A model generated the notes under the pieces. The model was given only the letters and a program-made list of their open reading frames with translations, was not told the origin of the DNA and searched no databases. DNA of 64,000 nt, taken from assembly GCA_045658225.1 (NCBI GenBank), contig JAZOUO010000068.1, positions 4,509-68,508 of the forward strand, in the 5' to 3' direction. This document shows positions 26,209-36,039 of this stretch, piece by piece. Positions within the stretch are counted from its first letter, which is position 1. Each line of letters opens with the position of its first letter. The stretch is from Eubacteriales bacterium. Lineage in GTDB: Bacteria > Bacillota > Clostridia > Oscillospirales > CAG-272. The position numbers were made by a program, and so were the translations under genes.

Positions 26209-26883
26209 TTATTCATCGTCCGAGAACTCGTCGTAATCACCGCCCGACAAAATTTTGAGGGCATAATTTATCTGCGAGCCGTTATAGCCGAGTCTTGCAA
26301 GCGCACCGTATGCGTGGGAAAATTCCTCACGAGCCAACTGCTTTTTGCCGAATTTCTTTTTTGCTATGTGAAGACAACGCTCCTCGAAGTCGTAAAAGAG
26401 CAAAAAATCTCGTACGTTCTCTATCGCCTGCGAACCAAATCCCTTTTGACGAAGTCTTGCGATAATCCGTCGCTCGCCCCAGTACTTATCGAGACAAAGC
26501 TCTGCCTCGCGTGTTGCAAAGGAGGTTTCGTCAATAAGACCCATATCGCATATCATATTAACGGCAACGTGAGCCGCCTCTGCCGAAAATCCCTTCTGGC
26601 GAAGCTTAAAAATGAGGTTGTTGACGGAGCAGGCGGAATATCCAAGCAATCGGCACCCCTTGAAATATGCGCAGGATATTTCGGAATATTCCTTGATTTT
26701 CTCTATCATCTCCTCGTTTGCAAATCCGCGCGAGAGCTGAAGCTCGCTTACGTATTTGCAGAGCATAGGATACTGTGTCTTGCGTATTTTTCCGTTTTCG
26801 TCAGGGCATTTAACTATTACATATATACAGTTTTCTGAAGAGAGAAGGTCAATTTCGACACGTGGGGATATGATATTACTCAT
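26209..26883 (-). CDS. recX: recombination regulator RecX
   Basis: Lies immediately downstream of recA and overlaps it. Repeated three-helix units of the type [12 protein letters not shown] and [10 protein letters not shown]. The ATG at 26883 sits inside the last recA codons (GATGAGTAA); the track start at 26895 is a TTG. Confidence 0.7.
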   Translation of the reverse strand: MSNIISPRVEIDLLSSENCIYVIVKCPDENGKIRKTQYPMLCKYVSELQLSRGFANEEMIEKIKEYSEISCAYFKGCRLLGYSACSVNNLIFKLRQKGFSAEAAHVAVNMICDMGLIDETSFATREAELCLDKYWGERRIIARLRQKGFGSQAIENVRDFLLFYDFEERCLHIAKKKFGKKQLAREEFSHAYGALARLGYNGSQINYALKILSGGDYDEFSDDE

Positions 26884-27988
26884 CGTCTCCCTCAAGAACT
26901 CTTATATCGAAGTCGTCATCGTCGGAGTCAACCTCAAACTCCTCCTCGATGATGTCTGAGCTATCCTTGAGTGCGCGGATCTTGGACTCGATGGAGGATG
27001 CGATCTCGGGATTTTCCTCAAGGAATCTCTTTACGTTTTCCTTGCCCTGACCGATCTTTTCACCGTTGTAGGAGAACCACGATCCACTCTTCTGGATAAT
27101 GTCTAGCATAATTGCAAAGTCAAGCACCTCGCTCATGCGGGAGATACCCTTGCCGTAGAGAATATCAAACTCTGCAACCTTGAAGGGAGGAGCTACTTTG
27201 TTCTTTACTATCTTGCATTTAACGCGGTTGCCGTAAATGTCAGCGCCGTTTTTGAGCTGCTCGGTCTTTCTTATGTCAATACGCACAGACGCGTAAAACT
27301 TGAGCGCGCGTCCACCTGTGGTGGTCTCGGGGTTTCCGTAAATAACGCCGACCTTCTCACGAAGCTGATTGATGAACACGACTACGCAGTTGCTCTTGGA
27401 GATAACTGCTGCAAGCTTACGCATAGCCTGAGACATAAGTCTTGCCTGAACGCCGACGGTGGGTGCGCCCATATCGCCGTCAATCTCTGTTCTGGGAACG
27501 AGTGCAGCAACAGAGTCAACTACAACCACGTCAATAGCGCCAGAGCGAACCAAGGACTCGGTGATAGAGAGCGCATCCTCTCCGCAGTCGGGCTGGGAAA
27601 CCAACAGATTATTTATATCAACGCCAAGCGCCTTTGCGTAAACTGGGTCAAGAGCGTGCTCCGCGTCAATAAACGCAGCCTCGCCGCCAGCCTTCTGTAC
27701 CTCTGCTATAATATGAAGCGCAACGGTGGTTTTACCTGAGGACTCAGGACCAAATATCTCAATAATTCTTCCGCGAGGAACACCGCCGATTCCGAGTGCC
27801 ATATCAAGTGACAGAGATCCTGTGGATACTGCCTGAACCTCCATTCTGGAGTTCTCACCGAGACGCATAATAGACCCTGCACCGTACTCTCTCTCTATCT
27901 GGGAGATCATTGTGCTGAGTGCTTTTTTCTTGTCTTCCTTATTCTGTACGTCAACTACCTTTGCGGGAGCTTTCTTTGACTGTGCCAT
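26876..27988 (-). CDS. recA: recombinase RecA
   Basis: [13 protein letters not shown] Walker [19 protein letters not shown] and [11 protein letters not shown]. It has an acidic C-terminal tail. Confidence 0.97.
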   Translation of the reverse strand: MAQSKKAPAKVVDVQNKEDKKKALSTMISQIEREYGAGSIMRLGENSRMEVQAVSTGSLSLDMALGIGGVPRGRIIEIFGPESSGKTTVALHIIAEVQKAGGEAAFIDAEHALDPVYAKALGVDINNLLVSQPDCGEDALSITESLVRSGAIDVVVVDSVAALVPRTEIDGDMGAPTVGVQARLMSQAMRKLAAVISKSNCVVVFINQLREKVGVIYGNPETTTGGRALKFYASVRIDIRKTEQLKNGADIYGNRVKCKIVKNKVAPPFKVAEFDILYGKGISRMSEVLDFAIMLDIIQKSGSWFSYNGEKIGQGKENVKRFLEENPEIASSIESKIRALKDSSDIIEEEFEVDSDDDDFDIRVLEGDDE

Positions 27989-28038
27989 AGCTTATCTCAC
28001 TTTCTAATTAAAAATTACGTATTTTTTTAGATTCTTGT

Positions 28039-28093
28039 CGAACCCATTTTCCTCTTGTGGCATTATTATACACTAAACAAAAGAATTTGTCAA
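28039..28093 (-). promoter_or_regulatory. recA promoter with a candidate LexA (Cheo-type) box
   Basis: On the minus strand: TTGACA (28093-28088), 17-nt spacer, TATAAT (28070-28065). It is followed by GGAAAATGGGTTCG (28052-28039), which is GAAA-N4-GTTC and one mismatch from GAAC-N4-GTTC. Confidence 0.55.
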
Positions 28094-28321
28094 TAGGTTT
28101 TTAAAAATATTTTTCTCAAATTGGAAAATTTCTTTTTTATGAAAACTTTAAAAACGAGACGAATAACTCTAAAATTCCGATTTTGGAAATCGAGACTTTT
28201 TGCACAAAAAGTTGTAAAATGCTTTATTTTATTGTCTTGCACATGCTAAAAATATATATTTACAAACAGGCAAAACTGTGTTATAATTGTTTTAATATCC
28301 ACAATTTTCGGAGGAATAAAC

Positions 28322-29824
28322 ATGAACGCACAAGAGGCAATACAGAGCTTTTACGCGCTTCAGTCAAAGCTGAGCGCATACAATCACGCAATGTCACTGA
28401 TATATTACGATGGCGCAACTACAGCACCAAAGGGAACGGCACAGAACAGAGCGCACGCGCTCTCGATACTCAGCGAGGAGACGTACAAAATGTCAACCTG
28501 CGAGGAGACCGTATCTATGCTTGAATTCCTTGATGAACACAAGGGAGAGCTTAGCCAAAAGGACGCTCGCGCAGTCTATCTTGCGCTCAAGGACATAAAG
28601 GAAATGAAGCTTATTCCGATGGAGGAATACATAGCATATCAGGAGCTTATGGTTGAGGCAGATGACGTTTGGCACAGAGCCAAGGAGACAAGTGACTTCG
28701 AACTTTTCCGTCCTGTGCTTGAAAGAATATTTGAGACAAATGTACGCTTTGCTAAATATTGCGCACCTGAAAAGCACCCCTACAATTACTGTCTTGACAA
28801 GTTTGAGCGCGGCCTTACCATGGACAAATGTGACGAATTTTTCGCAACTCTTAAGGCGAAAATAGTTCCGCTTATAAAGAAAATATCTCAGAAGCCTCAG
28901 GTCAGTGACGCCTGCATCAAGGGCGACTTTGACGAGATAGCGCAGGAGAAGTTCTCTTATGCACTTATGGAGGCTATCGGCATAGACCTTGAGCATTGCG
29001 GTCTTGGTACGACGGAGCACCCATTCACGACCAGCATAGGCTCGCATCACGACGTGAGAATAACCACTAATTACGACCGAGAAAATCTCTCGTACTCCAT
29101 GTTCAGCGTTATCCACGAGGGCGGACACGCACTTTACGATATGAACTCGGCAGACGAGCTTGCATATACATTCCTTGATGGCGGAGTGTCAATGGGCATC
29201 CACGAGAGCCAGAGCCGTTTTTATGAAAATCTGCTTGGTAGAAGCCGCGAGTTTATAAATTACATATTCCCAAAAATGCAGGAGTGCTTTGCTCAGCTGG
29301 CGGATTACACTGCCGAGGATATGTACCGTGCGGTCAACCTTGTCACCCCCTCGCTTATTCGTACCGAGGCGGACGAGGTGACTTATTGCCTGCACGTAAT
29401 GATACGCTACGAGCTTGAAAAGAGAGTTGTGGGCGGCGAGCTTGCAGTCAAGGATCTTCCTGTAGAGTGGAACAGACTTTACAAGGAGTATCTTGGAGTT
29501 GACGTGCCCGACGATAAACACGGAGTGCTTCAGGACAGTCACTGGTCGGGTGGCGGAATAGGATATTTCCCGTCTTATGCGCTTGGAAGTGCTTACGGCG
29601 CGCATTTGCTCCACAAGATGAGGCAGACTGTGGACGTGGAAAAATGTTTGTCCGAGGGCAACTTTGCGCCTATAAATGAGTGGAACAGAGAAAATATCTG
29701 GAAGCACGGTTGCACAAAGGATCCGAACGTCCTTTTGCGCGAAGCACTCGGGGAGGAGTTTGACCCCGCGTATTACACGGATTATCTTGAAAGAAAATAT
29801 TCCGAAATTTACGGTCTTGAATGA
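28322..29824 (+). CDS. M32 carboxypeptidase (Taq-type metallocarboxypeptidase)
   Basis: HPFT motif (TTEHPFTTSIG), zinc site HEGGHALYD, and HESQSRFYEN. Length is 500 aa. Confidence 0.9.
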   Translation: MNAQEAIQSFYALQSKLSAYNHAMSLIYYDGATTAPKGTAQNRAHALSILSEETYKMSTCEETVSMLEFLDEHKGELSQKDARAVYLALKDIKEMKLIPMEEYIAYQELMVEADDVWHRAKETSDFELFRPVLERIFETNVRFAKYCAPEKHPYNYCLDKFERGLTMDKCDEFFATLKAKIVPLIKKISQKPQVSDACIKGDFDEIAQEKFSYALMEAIGIDLEHCGLGTTEHPFTTSIGSHHDVRITTNYDRENLSYSMFSVIHEGGHALYDMNSADELAYTFLDGGVSMGIHESQSRFYENLLGRSREFINYIFPKMQECFAQLADYTAEDMYRAVNLVTPSLIRTEADEVTYCLHVMIRYELEKRVVGGELAVKDLPVEWNRLYKEYLGVDVPDDKHGVLQDSHWSGGGIGYFPSYALGSAYGAHLLHKMRQTVDVEKCLSEGNFAPINEWNRENIWKHGCTKDPNVLLREALGEEFDPAYYTDYLERKYSEIYGLE

Positions 29825-30001
29825 TAATTTCAAAAAACTCACAAACATTTTCGTAACGCAAGGAATAATTTTATATAAAGCGATACTCAAAAAAAGCAAA
29901 CTTTCTCTTGAAATAAAGGGAAGTTTGTGCTATAATCTATTTATTATTCCGCTTGCCGAATTCAGCTGGCAGGTGAATTTTCTAACACGAGGTATTTTAT
30001 T

Positions 30002-31075
30002 ATGGAGAAAATGAAAGTCGGTGTCGTTGGTGCGACGGGTATGGTCGGACAGCGTTTTCTCACGCTTCTTGACGGACACCCTTATTTTGAGGTAGTGGCT
30101 CTTGCGGCATCAAAGAACAGCGCGGGCAAGACATACGAGGAGGCTCTCGGCGGTCGCTGGAAGCTTCAGACTCCTATGCCCGAGCAGTATAAGGATATGG
30201 TAGTTATTGATGCAGAGAATGTAGAACAGATGAAGCAGTGCGCATTTGTTTTCTGCGCGGTAAATATGAAAAAGGACGAGATCAAGGCTCTCGAGGAAAA
30301 ATATGCAAAGGCGGAGATTCCCGTAGTTTCTAACAACTCGGCTCACCGCTGGACTCCCGACGTGCCTATGGTAATTCCGGAGATCAACCCCGAGCATCTT
30401 GATGTCATTGCGTCCCAGAGAAAGAGACTTGGCACACAGAGAGGCTTTATCGCGGTTAAGCCTAACTGTTCTATACAGTCCTATGTTCCTGCGCTCACAC
30501 CCTTGCGCAAGTACGGAATCAAAGAGGTAGTAGCTACAACATATCAGGCAATCTCGGGCGCGGGTAAGACCTTTAACGAGTGGCCCGAAATGATAGACAA
30601 CGTTATTCCTTACATAGGCGGCGAGGAAGAGAAGTCTGAGCAGGAGCCTCTTCGCGTTTGGGGTAAGGTGGAGAACGGCGAGATAGTCAAGGCTGAGGCT
30701 CCTCTTATCACCACTCAGTGTATCCGCGTGCCCGTGACAGACGGTCATACGGCGGCAGTATTCGTAAGATTTGAGAACAAGCCCACAAAGGAGCAGATTC
30801 TTGAGGATTGGAAGAATTTTGAGGGCGAGCCTCAGACTCTCGGACTTCCTCACGCTCCCGCGCAGTTCGTGACCTACTTTGAAGAAGATAATCGTCCTCA
30901 GGCACATCTTGACCGCGATATTTACGGCGGAATGGGTGTGACAGTCGGAAGACTTCGCGAGGATTCGCTTTTTGACTACAAGTTCGTAGGACTTTCTCAC
31001 AACACTCTCAGAGGTGCGGCTGGCGGAGCTGTTCTTATAGCCGAGCTTCTTTATAAGAAGGGATATTTTGATTGA
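30002..31075 (+). CDS. asd: aspartate-semialdehyde dehydrogenase
   Basis: VGVVGATGMVGQRF, active-site region KPNCSIQS, and SHNTLRGAAGGAVL. Confidence 0.92.
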   Translation: MEKMKVGVVGATGMVGQRFLTLLDGHPYFEVVALAASKNSAGKTYEEALGGRWKLQTPMPEQYKDMVVIDAENVEQMKQCAFVFCAVNMKKDEIKALEEKYAKAEIPVVSNNSAHRWTPDVPMVIPEINPEHLDVIASQRKRLGTQRGFIAVKPNCSIQSYVPALTPLRKYGIKEVVATTYQAISGAGKTFNEWPEMIDNVIPYIGGEEEKSEQEPLRVWGKVENGEIVKAEAPLITTQCIRVPVTDGHTAAVFVRFENKPTKEQILEDWKNFEGEPQTLGLPHAPAQFVTYFEEDNRPQAHLDRDIYGGMGVTVGRLREDSLFDYKFVGLSHNTLRGAAGGAVLIAELLYKKGYFD

Positions 31076-31105
31076 TGTTAGCGCGTGCCGCTAAATACAA
31101 GATTG

Positions 31106-31135
31106 AAAAAGAGACGGTGCAAACCGTCTCTTTTT
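31106..31135 (+). terminator. asd terminator
   Basis: aaaaagagacggt-gcaa-accgtctcttttt. Confidence 0.8.
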
Positions 31136-31479
31136 ATTGGCTTTTAACTAAACAATCGATTGTAAAATAAATCAAAAATTTCACAAAACGGCATTTTTTA
31201 GTGGAAAACACGTTGGATTTTGTGATATTCTCAAAACGATTTTGTTTTACCTTGTGCTTATCCGCGGAAAATCAATTTTCAAACTCCAAAATCATCTCCA
31301 AATTTGCGGTAAAAACACGTTGAAAACACCCAATTTTTTTGATTTTTTTGATGGCAGAAAAACCTTTACGGAAAAAGGGAAGAGGGTAGTTTGATTGGCA
31401 TACTTTTGACCCATTTGTGCATTTCATACATTTTAATGTAGAAATTTTTGTCATTTAAGTAGAAACTTTGATTTTCCTA

Positions 31480-31508
31480 TTGCAAGTTTGACAAAACTGT
31501 GGTAGAAT
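31480..31508 (+). promoter_or_regulatory. promoter of the giant lipoprotein gene
   Basis: TTGCAA (31480-31485), 17-nt spacer ending in TGg, TAGAAT (31503-31508). Confidence 0.5.
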
Positions 31509-31584
31509 TAGCACAAGTGAAGGCATAGTTTAGTGAATGCTTTAACGAAATTAAAATATTTTTTCAGAAAGGAAAGAGAGAAAA

Positions 31585-34500
31585 ATGAAAAAGTTTTTAG
31601 CTCTTATGGCTCTTCTCCTTTGTTTCATGGTGCTTTTCGTAGCATGTGATAACAATGATGAGCCCAACCCTACAGAGAAGCCCACAGAGCCCGTAGTGGT
31701 TCCTGCAGGCTGTGAACATGCGTATGACAACGCTTGCGATGCAGACTGTAACCTCTGTGGAGAAAAGAGAGCGACCGCAGCTCACGTAGAGGAGACTGTT
31801 GCAGCAGTTGCTCCCACGTGTACAAAAGCAGGTCTTACCGAGGGTAAGGTTTGTACAGTTTGCGGCGTTGTCACAAAGGCGCAGGCAGTAGATCCCGCAA
31901 CAGGACACACGGAAGTAGCAGTTCCCGGTGTTGCAGCAACATGTACAAAATCCGGTCTTACAGATGGTACAGCTTGTAGTGTTTGTAAGGCAGTTGTAAA
32001 AGCCCAGGAAGTTATTTTCGCAACCGGACACAACGTAGAAGTCGTTGAAGGTAAAGCAGCTACATGTACACAAGACGGTCTTACAAGCGGTAAGCAGTGC
32101 TCCGTTTGCGAAGAGTGGGTTCAGGAACAGGCTGTTATTGCCAAAACCGGACACAAGGAAGTAAAAAATCAGTCTGTTGCAGCCACTTGTACAAAGCCCG
32201 GTTATGTTGGCGCAACAGTATGTGGCATATGCGGAGAGGTTCTTGAAGGACAGGAAACCGAAAAGGCACTCGGTCACAACGTGGTTGACATTCCCGCAGT
32301 TCCCTCTACTTGTACAGAGCAGGGTTCTGCTGACGGAAAAATGTGCTCCAGATGTGAAGTTGTCATTATAGAGCCCGTACTTCAGAAGCTTGCAAACCAC
32401 ACCGCAAAGAAGGTAGCAGGTTATGCTCCCACATGTACAACCGCAGGTCTTGAAGACGGTTCTGTATGTAAGGATTGCGGCAAGGTAATCAAGGCTCAGA
32501 AGATTATTCCCGCAACTCACGGTGAATTGGTTGATCTTGCAGCAAAGGATCCCACATGTACTGAAGTTGGTTATACAGCAGGATCCAAGTGCTCTGACTG
32601 CGGCGCGATAGTAGTAGCGCAGACAGTATTGCCCAATGTCCATACATATACATATGAGTGTGACACACACTGTGCGCTCTGTGATGCACAGAGATGGGAT
32701 GAGCCTCATCATGTAATGGGTACAACCAAGAAGGGTGTTGTTGGATGTGTATACGAGTGTGGTGCGACATACTTGGACAATACATTGGTTCCCGCAACCT
32801 TCGCATCCGGAGAAGACCTCTATAATAGAGTACTCCGCAGTGGCGACGGCTTGTCATCCGCAATCAAGAATGGCGCTCTCAGCTACAACGAAGAGGGATA
32901 TATCACCGTTTCCGGTCAGGATGGAAATGCTGACCCTGGTATGGATCACGTTATTGCTGTACCCTTTGGTCCCGCATGGGATGGTGAGGGTCAGTCTGTC
33001 ACACAGCGTTATCTCGTATTGAGATACAGAACATATACAAGAAATGCAGAGCTTCGCTTTGTCACATGGAACAAACCTACCATGGTTGTTAAGAACATGG
33101 GTACAGAAGGCGAATGGAAGACAGTGATTGTTGACCTTGGAGACAGTGCTGATGCAGGTGAAAGAATTGATATCCGTTGTAATATAAACGGTAATGCTAC
33201 TGATTTCTCGCATATCGCATCCTTTGCAGCTCTTGAAGATGCAAACCTTTATGCAAATTACCTCGGAGAGATAGTTGACGGCGAGTGTCCTCATGCTGAG
33301 TATATCCTTATTCAGGGAAGAGTGGGCACGATGGTTGTATGTTCTTACTGCTATGAGGCTGCAACTCCTACAACTTCTCACGAAGGCGCAGTAATACATA
33401 ATGCTATAGATCCCACATGTCCCGACTTTGCTCTTGTCACCGACAACAACAACCAGGGTGTCACAGTGACAGGTCTTGGAACAGGTCTTGATGGTGCTTC
33501 CGCTAACTTCGTTCTTACAAGCGACGTTAACTTCGGCAAGTACATGGTTGTAGTTTACAAGATTGATACCGGATCTGCATTCCTTGGAATAGGTGCAAAC
33601 GGTAGTATTGCAAGCTACGCTGAGGTTGCTCCCGAGGCGAACAAGTGGGCTGTATGCAGCTACGGCGCAACAGGTGTTGATGCTGCAACAGAGCTCGAGA
33701 TCATCTGCAACTATGCAGGACTTTCCAGCTCCGTAAGCATCCAGGCAATTTACACATTCGAATCCGAAGCAGCAGCTAACGCATATGCAGAATTGCTTAA
33801 AACAAATTGTTTCCATGATGTGACTGCAGTTAATGATTTGGGTCAGACTGTATGTGATGCTTGTGGTGCAATTCAGGGTGCAACATCCGCATGGCCCCTC
33901 GACCTTGAGAGTGGCTCCGTATTAACTCCCGAGTTCGTAGTTGGTGAAAACTGGTGGGATCCCGGCATTGCAGAATACAACTATTTCTACTATGCTGAGT
34001 TTGATCACAAACTTGTTATTGACTATGACGGCGAAAATATTTCTATCATTGTCAATGGAATTACTCAGTGGGGTGAAGAAGGCTATGCTTCTATCGCGGA
34101 CATTAAGGCAGGCGACAAGGTTGAAGTAAAGGTTGAAAGACTTCTTGATGAAAATTGGAATCCTCTGACAGATTCTTGCTTCTTTATGGTTGATAAGGCG
34201 GCTCCCGGTTCAGAAAACAATCCCTTCGAGCTTGTTCCCGGTGATGTGAAAACTCCCGAGTTCGTACTTGGTACATCCATGGCAGATTCCGGTGTAGAGG
34301 AATACTACTATAAGTGGGTTGCTCCCGATGACGGTAAGCTCATCCTTTCTGAACTTGAAAATATCTATTGGGTAAAGAACGGCGAGTGGGGCGAAGGCTA
34401 CACCGTTGAAGTTCTCAAGGGCGACGTAGTAGAAATCACCGTACGCATTGGAATGGATGAAAACTGGAACAGACTCACAGATCCCGTCACCTTCTCCGCT

Positions 34501-35775
34501 GAATTTGATGTTGTTCACAGATTCGGATTGAATGAAGATGGCTCTATCGGCTGTAATAAGGGCTGCCATGAAACATATACTCCTGTAACTTACACATCCG
34601 GTTCTAATATTTACTGGAGAGCAACTGAGCTCCAGACAACAGTTTCCGGTGTGACATATACACGGATGCCTTGTGTTGATAATGGCGATTACGTGACAAT
34701 AACCGGTGCCGGAAACGATCCCGCTGCAGCGCTTAATGCGTCGGGTATCTTCTCGGTAGCACAGGGCGGCGCTTATGAGGGCGGTACTCCTGTAATCCAG
34801 CGTTACCTTGTAATGAGAGTTAGAACAAATGCAGCATTTAACCTTATGTACATAGTCACCTACAACAGTGCAGCACAGCAGGCTTGGTGTAATCCTGTGG
34901 ATATAGGTGCTGCGAGCCAGGGCGAATGGGCAACTATAGTTATCGACCTTTTCGGCGATGCTTCCGTTGGCTTCAGAGTTGATATTGCACTCAACATTGG
35001 AGCTGCAGCAGACACGCAGACAGATATTTCGCACATGGCATCCTTCACAACCATGGAAGATGCAATTGCTTACTCCAACCAGCTCGGTTCTGTGGTAGAT
35101 GGCGAGTGTCCTCACAACGGATACACAACAACAGTTACAAAGCCCGCAACATGTAAGGAAGAAGGAGAGCAGATTATCCACTGTGATTCCTGTGATTTAA
35201 CAGTTACACTTCCCATTCCTGCTGGCGGACACGGTACTCTTACCACTGATGAGACAGGATCTGCTGTATGCCAGGCTTGCGGAGCAAAGTCCACACCTAA
35301 GACATTCCAGGCTTACGATGCACTCTTTGATGCTGTAACTGCAGGTGATGCGGTTGATGCAGGCGCTGAAGGCGTGACAATTACCGGTGTTGGAACAGGA
35401 TTCGTATTTGGTCCTAACGATACCACAAGAGTTCAGATTAAGTCTGAAACAGGATACGGTAAGTATGTTGTAGTTGTATACAAGTCCAACTACACAGATG
35501 CAGGTGGAGCTTCTTATCTTGCAATTGGTAAGAATGATAACTCCGGCTTCCTCAACTATGCAAGCGGTATCGTTCCTTCCGAAGGATATAGAGCATACCT
35601 TTACGAGCCTGAGACAGGCGCAACAGGTGAAGGCGCAGAAGAGATTAACCTTCTCTTCCACTTCGGTGGCAATGCAAACTCCGTTACTAATATCCTTGGT
35701 GTTATCACATTTAATACTCTTGAGGATGCTCAGCTCTACACTCTCTACTTGAACAGAGCATTTGGCGTAGCTTGA
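31585..35775 (+). CDS. 1396-aa surface lipoprotein with Cys-rich repeats and duplicated beta-sandwich-like modules
   Basis: RBS AAAGGAAAGAGAG. Signal peptide with lipobox LFVAC-D. Seven 41-aa His/Cys3 repeats, then duplicated modules (details in findings). No recognisable catalytic motif. Confidence 0.85.
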   Translation: MKKFLALMALLLCFMVLFVACDNNDEPNPTEKPTEPVVVPAGCEHAYDNACDADCNLCGEKRATAAHVEETVAAVAPTCTKAGLTEGKVCTVCGVVTKAQAVDPATGHTEVAVPGVAATCTKSGLTDGTACSVCKAVVKAQEVIFATGHNVEVVEGKAATCTQDGLTSGKQCSVCEEWVQEQAVIAKTGHKEVKNQSVAATCTKPGYVGATVCGICGEVLEGQETEKALGHNVVDIPAVPSTCTEQGSADGKMCSRCEVVIIEPVLQKLANHTAKKVAGYAPTCTTAGLEDGSVCKDCGKVIKAQKIIPATHGELVDLAAKDPTCTEVGYTAGSKCSDCGAIVVAQTVLPNVHTYTYECDTHCALCDAQRWDEPHHVMGTTKKGVVGCVYECGATYLDNTLVPATFASGEDLYNRVLRSGDGLSSAIKNGALSYNEEGYITVSGQDGNADPGMDHVIAVPFGPAWDGEGQSVTQRYLVLRYRTYTRNAELRFVTWNKPTMVVKNMGTEGEWKTVIVDLGDSADAGERIDIRCNINGNATDFSHIASFAALEDANLYANYLGEIVDGECPHAEYILIQGRVGTMVVCSYCYEAATPTTSHEGAVIHNAIDPTCPDFALVTDNNNQGVTVTGLGTGLDGASANFVLTSDVNFGKYMVVVYKIDTGSAFLGIGANGSIASYAEVAPEANKWAVCSYGATGVDAATELEIICNYAGLSSSVSIQAIYTFESEAAANAYAELLKTNCFHDVTAVNDLGQTVCDACGAIQGATSAWPLDLESGSVLTPEFVVGENWWDPGIAEYNYFYYAEFDHKLVIDYDGENISIIVNGITQWGEEGYASIADIKAGDKVEVKVERLLDENWNPLTDSCFFMVDKAAPGSENNPFELVPGDVKTPEFVLGTSMADSGVEEYYYKWVAPDDGKLILSELENIYWVKNGEWGEGYTVEVLKGDVVEITVRIGMDENWNRLTDPVTFSAEFDVVHRFGLNEDGSIGCNKGCHETYTPVTYTSGSNIYWRATELQTTVSGVTYTRMPCVDNGDYVTITGAGNDPAAALNASGIFSVAQGGAYEGGTPVIQRYLVMRVRTNAAFNLMYIVTYNSAAQQAWCNPVDIGAASQGEWATIVIDLFGDASVGFRVDIALNIGAAADTQTDISHMASFTTMEDAIAYSNQLGSVVDGECPHNGYTTTVTKPATCKEEGEQIIHCDSCDLTVTLPIPAGGHGTLTTDETGSAVCQACGAKSTPKTFQAYDALFDAVTAGDAVDAGAEGVTITGVGTGFVFGPNDTTRVQIKSETGYGKYVVVVYKSNYTDAGGASYLAIGKNDNSGFLNYASGIVPSEGYRAYLYEPETGATGEGAEEINLLFHFGGNANSVTNILGVITFNTLEDAQLYTLYLNRAFGVA
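31783..32640 (+). repeat. 7 tandem coding repeats of 123 bp (one is 120 bp)
   Basis: Each unit reads H-x9-10-P/A-x-C-T-x2-G-x6-C-x2-C-G/K/E-x12-13, for example HTEVAVPGVAATCTKSGLTDGTACSVCKAVVKAQEVIFATG. Units start at aa 67, 108, 149, 190, 231, 272 and 312. Confidence 0.9.
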
Positions 35776-35815
35776 TAGTACATAATATTTAAAAGCGAAC
35801 GAATGAATCACTTTA

Positions 35816-35840
35816 CCCCCACCCCATATGCGGTGGGGGG
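35816..35840 (+). terminator. terminator of the giant lipoprotein gene
   Basis: cccccaccc-catatgc-ggtgggggg, followed by tttgttattt. Confidence 0.75.
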
Positions 35841-36039
35841 TTTGTTATTTGGTATATAAAATAGCAAAGAGTGGCTATTATATAATAAGGAAGCTTTTTG
35901 TATAAATCCGAGCTCTGACGGAATATATCCATAACAAAGTTTCCCCTTGACACTAGTTGTTATGTCGTGTTATAATGAAATTACAAGCTACAATAATATT
36001 ACAAAAATATATACAACAATATGGAAAAGGGGAAGAAAT

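Noticed and set aside
28036-28042. Perfect Spo0A box TGTCGAA overlapping the recA SOS box
   Set aside because: A 7-mer is expected about 8 times by chance in 64 kb on both strands, and there is no second box or supporting context.
28293-28301. DnaA-box-like ATATCCACA
   Set aside because: It is a single copy with one mismatch, with no cluster of boxes or AT-rich unwinding element. It is not an origin.
31272-31454. 60-aa Cys-containing ORF in the long intergenic region upstream of the giant gene
   Set aside because: There is no Shine-Dalgarno sequence upstream of its start, and it is AT-rich and low-complexity. It is most likely non-coding, though ribosome profiling could revisit this.
31597-35811. 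Series of long minus-strand ORFs (371, 320, 323 and 204 aa) inside the giant lipoprotein gene
   Set aside because: All are antisense to a gene with a clear lipoprotein signal, RBS, promoter, terminator and periodic repeat structure. The antisense translations are Cys-rich low-complexity mirror images of the repeats.
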